Shown: positions 37,987 to 44,528 of the stretch, one piece after another
How positions within the stretch are numbered: the first letter of the stretch is position 1
Layout: every line of letters starts with the position of its first letter
Notes under the pieces: model-generated
Database searches by the model: none
What the model was told of the DNA's origin: nothing
Seen by the model: the letters and a program-made list of their open reading frames with translations, nothing else
Position numbers and translations under genes: made by a program
Origin: a virus
IMG/VR virus record: IMGVR_UViG_3300043773_002546
Location: 64,001 to 128,000 of that record
Length of the DNA: 64,000 bases
Reading direction: 5' to 3' (one strand)

Positions 37987-38335
37987 GGGGGCGAAAAGGT
38001 ATCGACGGGATGAAGAAAGTTTGGACTGCATGCCGTGGTTGATCGGTTGGCCACGTTAAAAGCCGATTACGTTTCTAGCTGGCGCTTACGCTCCCGCTCT
38101 CGCTGCCTAGTTTCTAGGTTCGCGAGTGGGGCTGCATGGGCCTCATTGCCCAATCATGCCGTGTCGTTTCGTTAAACGACTGATCTCGCCCAGAGAGAAA
38201 GGGCACGATGGTGGTAGCCCACCTGACGCCGATAATCGGCTGGCTTTGCCTGTAGTGTGAGCAACAACAGGATACGCATGTAGACGTCCTTACCAGGCAC
38301 ATCTCCGGACCCGGGTTCGATTCCCGGCGCCTCCA
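37987..38335 (+). ncRNA. ssrA: tmRNA (one-piece)
   Basis: 5' GGGGGCG..TCGAC; 3' GGTTCGATTCCCGGCGCCTCCA; G3:U70 Ala identity pair; tag ORF 38081-38110 (A)GAYAPALAA*. Confidence 0.95.
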
Positions 38336-38406
38336 TTTGTTAGTTAGTTGGTTGGCTGGCTTGCTGGTTGGGTAATTAGTTTTTCTTTTCCTCGAAGGAG
38401 CGACAT

Positions 38407-38859
38407 ATGGCTCGTGGTTATTGGCTCGATCGTGTCGGCGGGCTCATGTACGGCGACAAGATGTACGGTGACGCCGAGTTGACCAAGGCGCAGTACGACG
38501 CCCTGTTCGCGTATGCGCCCGAGCATCGCGCGCAGGCGTTGGCGCTGCTCGCGGTCCAGGCCGAGTACGAGGAGGTTTCCAAGGCGAACACGGAAGCTGT
38601 GATCGCCGAGGTGCTGGCGCACGACGTTGCCGACAAGGCCGCGTTCGCTGCCCAGGCTGTGTTCGACGAGCACCAGGCGGCCCTCAAGGAGAACCCCGAT
38701 ACGCCCATTCCGGCGATCGAGGAAGCTCTGAAGGCTGCCCAGGAGGCCCGTGCAGCGGCCGAGGCTGCCACCCAGGTGACCGCGCCGCTGCAGGAGAAGA
38801 TGGCAGCTCTGCGGACGCAGCTGGAGGCCATGCCGCCCCAGCGGTTCATCGCGGCCTAG
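38407..38859 (+). CDS. Ala-rich helical hypothetical protein
   Basis: AAGGAG RBS; strong codon bias; ends FIAA. Confidence 0.8.
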   Translation: MARGYWLDRVGGLMYGDKMYGDAELTKAQYDALFAYAPEHRAQALALLAVQAEYEEVSKANTEAVIAEVLAHDVADKAAFAAQAVFDEHQAALKENPDTPIPAIEEALKAAQEARAAAEAATQVTAPLQEKMAALRTQLEAMPPQRFIAA

Positions 38860-38883
38860 CGCTGCGGTCTCGCGCAGATCAGT

Positions 38884-38932
38884 AGCGTATGCCCCGGGGT
38901 GCCGCCCAAGCCCCCGGGGCATACGCTTTTTT
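38884..38932 (+). terminator. Intrinsic terminator
   Basis: AGCGTATGCCCCGGGG/CCCCGGGGCATACGCT 16-bp stem plus T tract; followed by TAGCTATCAGC. Confidence 0.88.
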
Positions 38933-38974
38933 CTAGCTATCAGCCCCGACTGCTCTCGCCAGGGCAGTCACTTT

Positions 38975-38990
38975 CTCAATGATATCAATG
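38975..38990. promoter_or_regulatory. Dispersed palindrome copy 8 (CTCAATGATATCAATG)
   Basis: Intergenic; 1 bp before the GCTAAA promoter box. Confidence 0.82.
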
Positions 38991-38991
38991 C

Positions 38992-39020
38992 GCTAAATAC
39001 TCTCTCGTTTCCGGGCATAT
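38992..39020 (+). promoter_or_regulatory. Phage promoter candidate GCTAAA-N14-CGGGCATAT (copy 3)
   Basis: GCTAAATACTCTCTCGTTTCCGGGCATAT. Confidence 0.65.
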
Positions 39021-39095
39021 CCAGTGAGCACCTAGATAGCTATTTCCGCGCCATGTGGCCCGAAGCTGTTCTGTGCCTGTTCTGGAGGTTTTGCC

Positions 39096-39176
39096 ATGGA
39101 AACGATGTCAACAATCGTTGCGTGCGTTCTGTTCATCGCCGTGCTGTCGGTCTGGAGTCCGCTCTGGCGCTGGTAA
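39096..39176 (+). CDS. 26-aa hydrophobic peptide METMSTIVACVLFIAVLSVWSPLWRW
   Basis: GGAGG RBS; single TM helix; below the ORF-track cutoff. Confidence 0.6.
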   Translation: METMSTIVACVLFIAVLSVWSPLWRW

Positions 39177-39194
39177 TCGGCGGCATGCTGGCTC

Positions 39195-39246
39195 AAAAGC
39201 GCGCACTAACCCGGGGCCCACAAACCCCGGGCCTCGCGCTTTTTCT
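39195..39246. terminator. Possible bidirectional terminator
   Basis: AAAAGCGCG/CGCGCTTTT outer stem and CCCGGGG/CCCCGGG inner stem; followed by TAGCTATCAGC. Confidence 0.65.
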
Positions 39247-39335
39247 TAGCTATCAGCGCTCATTACCTGTTAACACAAATAATGTCTGCTATATGCGGTC
39301 GTCTCCCGCCTAATACCGCATAGATCGGACCCACC

Positions 39336-39446
39336 ATGACACAACCTGTTAATGCCCAGCAAGCTGCCGCTCAAGTTCTTCAAGATAAAAAACTTGCTAT
39401 GTTTGTGCGCCGCCTTAAGAAACCACGGCCAGATAAATCGCGGTAG
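39336..39446 (+). CDS. 36-aa basic peptide MTQPVNAQQAAAQVLQDKKLAMFVRRLKKPRPDKSR
   Basis: Read by hand; weak GGA RBS; contains a KKLA motif. Confidence 0.35.
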   Translation: MTQPVNAQQAAAQVLQDKKLAMFVRRLKKPRPDKSR

Positions 39447-39515
39447 CGTTGCGCTTCGGCGGGCGATTTGCGAAAATGCGCGTGTCATCTGGCGCCCTGA
39501 GCGAAGAGGCACGCC

Positions 39516-41354
39516 ATGCCATTTAAGTCTGAAAAGCAGCGCAGGTTTCTCTGGGCCGAGCACCCCGAAATCGCCAAGCGCTGGGCCCGCAAGTACCCCG
39601 AGAGCAACAAAGGTCTGCCTATGTACGCCGAGAGTCCTGATAGCAAAGAAAAAGCGGCAGCCTTGGCGGTACTTGGCGGCGCCCTGGCAAAACACGCTGT
39701 TACGTTAACAACGAACCCAGCATCATATGAATCTGTGATAAACGACGACGGAACTATCAAGAAATCTAATGATGGCCTGGTTCGCGTCGAGCTCCCGAAG
39801 ACCGAGGGACCCACTTACGCCGGGCAAGAACAGGAAGCAGGCAAGGAAACCAGCTGCAAAAAGGATCTGGCGCCCAATAGCGAGAAAGTCCTGGATCTTA
39901 ACAATCCCGTGGCGGCCAAGCTCGCCACCGTGCTCTCGCACGCCCTGCGCGAAAAGCTCGAGCGGGAAAACGCGCTGGTCGAGGGACGCGATCCGCTTCA
40001 TGTCCCGCGTAACATGGGCATTAAGAGGTATGCCGTTGCCCCGCAGTTACACCAACTTCCCATGGGAATGCAGCCCCAAGCGCCCGCTCCGGCGCAAAAC
40101 CAGCCCAGCAATGGTCCGGTCGGCGGCGGTAATAATCCCCAGGCAAATCCGATTCAGGCGTTCGGCCCCTTAAGCGCGTCCGGCCAACTTAATGGCAACG
40201 CAGCGTTCGGCGTCAAGAACTCGCCGGACAGCTCCAAGACGTCTGCGTTTAATCCGCTGCCTGCGCTGCAAAAAGGCGTGGCGCGCTACGGCGAATTACT
40301 GACGGGTTCAAAGATTCCTCAGCTGGCGGCTAAATCTCGCCTGTCAGCTGATCATCTGGGCTCATTGGCTGGGCAATCGCCGTGGAACATGATCACCAGC
40401 CGCGCGCGACAGGCGCTGGCCGATGTGGGCGTTAACGCCGCGCAGCAAACCGTGCACGGCGCTGTCGATCTGGCAAAAGAAAAGGCGCTGTCCCGAGCCA
40501 CGCAACTGGGTACTGGCGCAGCTGGACTGGCTGGCGCTGGCTTGCTGGCGCATAGAGCCATGAACGCCAAACAAGCGGCCGAGAGCGGCGCCTGGACTCG
40601 CGCCGAAGGCAAGAACCCCGACGGCGGCCTGAACGCCAAGGGTCGGGCGAGTCTCAAAGCCCAGGGGCACGACATCAAAGCGCCAGTCACAGAGAGTAAT
40701 CCCAGTGGCGAGCGGGCGCAGCGGCAGAACTCGTTCTGCTCGCGCATGTGCGGCATGAAGAAGCACGAGACGGGCGCCAAGACTAAATCAGACCCAGACT
40801 CGCGCATTAACAAGTCGCTGCGCAAGTGGAACTGCAAATGCTCGAGCGCCTACGAGTTTGGCGCGCTGGCGTCGCGAGTTGCGCTCAATGATATCAATGA
40901 GAAATCGGCGGCCCGGGGCGACATGTTTCAGAAGATGATTAACTCTGGCGCCCTGAACTTCGTTTCGGGGCTCAGCGGGCGCACTCCAGGGCGCGCGACA
41001 GCAGGCATGGGCACAGCTGGCATGTCGCACGCCGGAAACCAAGCCAAGATCGTCGCTGATTTCATGCGGCGTGCTCGCGGCATGGTCCGCCCAGCGCAGC
41101 CTGCTGCTGCTGCGGCGCTGCCCGTGGCGGCCGCCAGTCAAGCCGCCAGCCGCGTGAGCCCGGATCTTTTGGCGGGTCTCAAGCAATTTGGCGCGAACAT
41201 CCGCAAGTCCAACCGCGGCAAGTATCTGGAAGGCGTCATGGACCTCCCAATCATGAGCCCCAGAGTGCGCGAGCTATTTCACGGGGCGCCGCCGTCTGCG
41301 CCGTTTGGTGCGCTGCCTTCTTTGGCGGCCACGCTACGGGGTCTGCAGCCGTGA
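39516..41354 (+). CDS. Modular probable virion protein with K-x-A motifs
   Basis: N-terminal MPFKSEKQRRFLWAEHPEIAKRW; internal AWTRAEGKNPDGGLNAKG...RKWNC module (DUF6321-like as recalled); KEKAA, KTSA, KQAA, EKSAA. Confidence 0.7.
   Translation: MPFKSEKQRRFLWAEHPEIAKRWARKYPESNKGLPMYAESPDSKEKAAALAVLGGALAKHAVTLTTNPASYESVINDDGTIKKSNDGLVRVELPKTEGPTYAGQEQEAGKETSCKKDLAPNSEKVLDLNNPVAAKLATVLSHALREKLERENALVEGRDPLHVPRNMGIKRYAVAPQLHQLPMGMQPQAPAPAQNQPSNGPVGGGNNPQANPIQAFGPLSASGQLNGNAAFGVKNSPDSSKTSAFNPLPALQKGVARYGELLTGSKIPQLAAKSRLSADHLGSLAGQSPWNMITSRARQALADVGVNAAQQTVHGAVDLAKEKALSRATQLGTGAAGLAGAGLLAHRAMNAKQAAESGAWTRAEGKNPDGGLNAKGRASLKAQGHDIKAPVTESNPSGERAQRQNSFCSRMCGMKKHETGAKTKSDPDSRINKSLRKWNCKCSSAYEFGALASRVALNDINEKSAARGDMFQKMINSGALNFVSGLSGRTPGRATAGMGTAGMSHAGNQAKIVADFMRRARGMVRPAQPAAAAALPVAAASQAASRVSPDLLAGLKQFGANIRKSNRGKYLEGVMDLPIMSPRVRELFHGAPPSAPFGALPSLAATLRGLQP
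40884..40901. promoter_or_regulatory. Dispersed palindrome copy 9 (CTCAATGATATCAATGAG)
   Basis: Identical to copy 3; inside a CDS (LNDINE). Confidence 0.8.
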
Positions 41355-41549
41355 GCCGCGTGCAGCTCTTAACCGTCCTAATCTTGTTTGTGGTTTTGAC
41401 ACTGGTGGGCTGTAACGTGGCGCGCGGCGCATTAGGTGGTTTGTTAACATTTTGCCACAATAAGTCCGGTTCTGCTTTATAGCGAGGCGCCGATATGCGT
41501 TGACCGGGGGACACACGCTTTTGATGCGCATGTGCGCAGGGAGGCAGTC

Positions 41550-42374
41550 ATGAACAAGCTTATTTCTTGGTTAGTGACTTTTTTTCTCTTTCTTTTTGCC
41601 AGTCTGGCCGCCGCAGGCACACGCGACCCCAACACGCCCGACGCCCAGTATCTCGAGTTTGGTAAGAAGTTTCCGTTTGTCGTGCGCATCTGCACGCACA
41701 GTGAGCACACCGACGCGCAGGGCAATAAATACACCGAGCACGCCTGCGCCAGCGCGGTTGTGATCCGGCCGCACTGGGTACTGACCGCGGCGCATGTCTT
41801 CTCAGACGCTGAACGAGCCACAGTCAGGACCGAAGACGGCACGAAGTTTCCCCTGGTCAAACTGATTCCGCACAAAGACTACAAGCCGGAAAGCGTCGGC
41901 TGGCACGATATCGCGCTGGGCCGGACTGCGGCGCCCATTGAGCTGGAGTTCTATCCCAAGCTCTACACGAAGACCGACGAGCTGAATCAGGCCTGCACGT
42001 TTGCGGGCTGGGGCCTGGCAGGGACGTTTCATACCGGCGGCACGCACAGCGATAACAAGCGCCGGGCGGGACACAACAAGATCGATAGTCTGTCAGACGC
42101 GGTGCTATTATGCACGCCTAGCCGGGGCGCGGAGCGCTTTCCGCTGGAGTTTATGATTACGCCGGGAGACTCTGGCGGCGGCATGTTTCTGGGCAACGAG
42201 CTAGCGGGCATTAACTCGTTTCTTTTGGCCAGCGACGGCAAGCCAAACGGGACCTACACGGACGAAACGGCGTTTACGCGTGTGAGTCTATACGCGGATT
42301 GGGTAGAATCTCAGATCGAGAAGTACGAACTCGCGCTTCAAGCCCGCGCCACCGAGGGCGCACAGCTCGAGTAG
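41550..42374 (+). CDS. Secreted trypsin-fold (S1) serine protease
   Basis: Signal peptide; catalytic triad LTAAHV, HDIAL, PGDSGGG. Confidence 0.9.
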   Translation: MNKLISWLVTFFLFLFASLAAAGTRDPNTPDAQYLEFGKKFPFVVRICTHSEHTDAQGNKYTEHACASAVVIRPHWVLTAAHVFSDAERATVRTEDGTKFPLVKLIPHKDYKPESVGWHDIALGRTAAPIELEFYPKLYTKTDELNQACTFAGWGLAGTFHTGGTHSDNKRRAGHNKIDSLSDAVLLCTPSRGAERFPLEFMITPGDSGGGMFLGNELAGINSFLLASDGKPNGTYTDETAFTRVSLYADWVESQIEKYELALQARATEGAQLE

Positions 42375-42387
42375 CAGGACGCCCCGT

Positions 42388-42483
42388 ATGAAATCCATCA
42401 ACGCGTTTCTATTCACGATGATCGTCATGGCCACGGTGTTGGCAACGGGGCTCACGTGGTTTCTGTTGTATTTGCGGGGTTGA
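42388..42483 (+). CDS. 31-aa hydrophobic peptide
   Basis: AGGA RBS; MKSINAFLFTMIVMATVLATGLTWFLLYLRG fills the intergenic gap. Confidence 0.5.
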   Translation: MKSINAFLFTMIVMATVLATGLTWFLLYLRG

Positions 42484-42489
42484 GTGCGC

Positions 42490-44430
42490 ATGCTTGATCC
42501 CATTCCCGCCTACTACGCGCAGAAGTTTGCGGCCGCGCAAAACGCCGACGTCAGTCTGCGCTTTCAGCCCGACTACACCCCAGAGCAGCTCGAGCGCCTG
42601 GGCGTGTACGACGCGCTGTACCGCGGTAAGAGCCCCAGACTCGCCAGCCTGGGCGAATGGAAGCCCGAATGGATCTCTGAGCATGATCCCAAGGGCTGGG
42701 CGCAGTGGTACAAGCGCTACGCCGCTGGCCGCCGAATCGAGGGCGAAGACGACCGGCAGATGAAGCGCTGGCTGAGCTTTAAATCACGCCACGGCGGGCC
42801 GTTTAGCAAGAACCCCACGCCGAGACGGGGCTGGGCGCTGCGCAACTGGGGCATTGATCCCAGCAAGCTGGTGCCAGACCGGGCGCAAGAGATCAACGAG
42901 CTGCTAGACGAGCATCAACGCAAGGCTATGCAAAAATACGTGCAGGAGAAAGTCAGCGAGCTCCTGCCCGAGATTCAGCTCCAAGAGCATCAGCAGCGCG
43001 TGGCTGATCGCGTAGCCGACGAAGACCCGCGCCTGCTGGTCTATCACGGCCTGGGCTCTGGTAAGTCTCTTTCAGCGCTCGCTGCTGCCGAAATGGCACG
43101 CAGAAATTCCGGGAGCCAATATGGCATAGTCGTTCCTGCAAGTTTGCGGGGCAACTTCCAGAAAGAAGTTAAGAAGTTCACCCGAAACTCCAATCCGGAG
43201 ATCATGAGTTACACGGGCTTAGCGCTCGGCAAGCGCTTTCAGCAGCCGCCAGAGACCGTGGTCATGGACGAGGCGCAAAGATTACGTAATCCTGGCGCCG
43301 CAGCAACGCAGGGAGCTGAGGAAATCGCGCGCCAGGCCAAACGGCTCGTGCTGCTGTCGGGCACGCCCATTACCAACTCGCCGACAGACCTCGCCTCATT
43401 GATGTCATTGCTCGATAACAAACCGATGTCGCCGCAGGACTTTGAGAAGCGCTACATTGGCTACAAGAAAAAGTTTCCCGGGTTTGTTAACTGGCTGCGC
43501 GGCGCCGAATGGGGCGAAGAGCCGTATGTCAAAAACGAGAAAGAGCTCCGCGAGAGACTCAAGGGCAAAGTTGACTATCAGCCCAGCAAGACTCCCCAGG
43601 GCGTGACTGTCAACGAAGAGACGGTGAAAGTTCCGCTGAGTTCTGAGCAAAGTAAAATTCAAAAAGCCATTCGCACGCAGATTCCGCCCGGCTTTCTCTG
43701 GAAACTAGATAAAGAGTTTCCGCTGTCGCGCGATGAGCTCAAGAAACTGAATTCTTTTCTTACGGGCCTGCGCCAAGTTTCGCTGTCCACGCAGCCGTTT
43801 CGCGTGGACAAAGATCCGCTCAAAGCTTTTGATCAGTCCAGCAAGCTTCGCGAGGCTATGAAGCGCCTGCGCGAAAACCTGGACGCGGATCCCCGTAAAA
43901 AAGCCATCATCTACTCGAACTTTATAGATTCGGGAATTCAGCCCTACGCCAAAGCCCTCGAGCGCGACAAGATTCCCTATGGCATCTTTCACGGCGGCGT
44001 GCCCGTCAAGGCCCGCCAAGAGGCCCTCAAGCAGTACAACGAGGGCAAGCTCCGCGCGCTCTTGCTGGGGCCCGCCGCCGCCGAGGGCATCTCCACGAAG
44101 GGTACGAGTTTAATTCAGCTCTTGGATCCCTACTGGCACGAGTCCCGAACGCAGCAGGCCCGCGGGCGTGGTTTGCGGTTTGATAGTCACGCGGGGCTGC
44201 CTGAAGAGCTCAAGAACGTTGCCGTGCAGCGCTTTCTCTCGGCTAGCGAGGAACCGGGCGTATTTAGCAAGTACGTGCTGGGCAAGCGCCGTCAGCGGAC
44301 CGGAGACGAAGTGTTGCAGCACCTCTCCAACGACAAAGAAAAGCTTAACGAGGCGTTCCGTAAGATTTTGCGCGAAGTTGGCTCAGAAAAACACAAGCCA
44401 ACGCCTGACGAAGAAAACACACCTCATTGA
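42490..44430 (+). CDS. SNF2-family (SF2) helicase/ATPase with extra N-terminal domain
   Basis: HGLGSGKS; VMDEAQ; LLSGTPITN; EGISTKG; QARGRGLR; N-terminal DPKGWAQWY.RY..GRR domain. Confidence 0.88.
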   Translation: MLDPIPAYYAQKFAAAQNADVSLRFQPDYTPEQLERLGVYDALYRGKSPRLASLGEWKPEWISEHDPKGWAQWYKRYAAGRRIEGEDDRQMKRWLSFKSRHGGPFSKNPTPRRGWALRNWGIDPSKLVPDRAQEINELLDEHQRKAMQKYVQEKVSELLPEIQLQEHQQRVADRVADEDPRLLVYHGLGSGKSLSALAAAEMARRNSGSQYGIVVPASLRGNFQKEVKKFTRNSNPEIMSYTGLALGKRFQQPPETVVMDEAQRLRNPGAAATQGAEEIARQAKRLVLLSGTPITNSPTDLASLMSLLDNKPMSPQDFEKRYIGYKKKFPGFVNWLRGAEWGEEPYVKNEKELRERLKGKVDYQPSKTPQGVTVNEETVKVPLSSEQSKIQKAIRTQIPPGFLWKLDKEFPLSRDELKKLNSFLTGLRQVSLSTQPFRVDKDPLKAFDQSSKLREAMKRLRENLDADPRKKAIIYSNFIDSGIQPYAKALERDKIPYGIFHGGVPVKARQEALKQYNEGKLRALLLGPAAAEGISTKGTSLIQLLDPYWHESRTQQARGRGLRFDSHAGLPEELKNVAVQRFLSASEEPGVFSKYVLGKRRQRTGDEVLQHLSNDKEKLNEAFRKILREVGSEKHKPTPDEENTPH

Positions 44431-44440
44431 TATCAATGAG
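44423..44440. promoter_or_regulatory. Dispersed palindrome copy 10 (CTCATTGATATCAATGAG)
   Basis: Perfect 18-bp palindrome providing the helicase stop codon; TACAAT -10-like box 18 bp downstream. Confidence 0.88.
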
Positions 44441-44528
44441 TTTTGCAGCCGTTTGCGCTACAATACGCTAAATGCGTACGCTAACAGCAAACGGCGCGTT
44501 GTTAATTTAATCGCGAGGTACAGCTCCT

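Noticed and set aside
38339-38376. Degenerate 4-nt periodic tract GTTAGTTAGTTGGTTGGCTGGCTTGCTGGTTG after the tmRNA
   Set aside because: Short, imperfect and single-copy; no supportable function
39053-39313. ORF-track calls 39053-39313, 39055-39249 and 39352-39708
   Set aside because: No RBS, and they cross terminators; the short RBS-led ORF at 39096 explains the region better
1519-44430. Inteins or introns in polA, recA or the SNF2 helicase
   Set aside because: Conserved motifs are normally spaced, and I saw no Cys/Ser...His-Asn splice junction or LAGLIDADG insert
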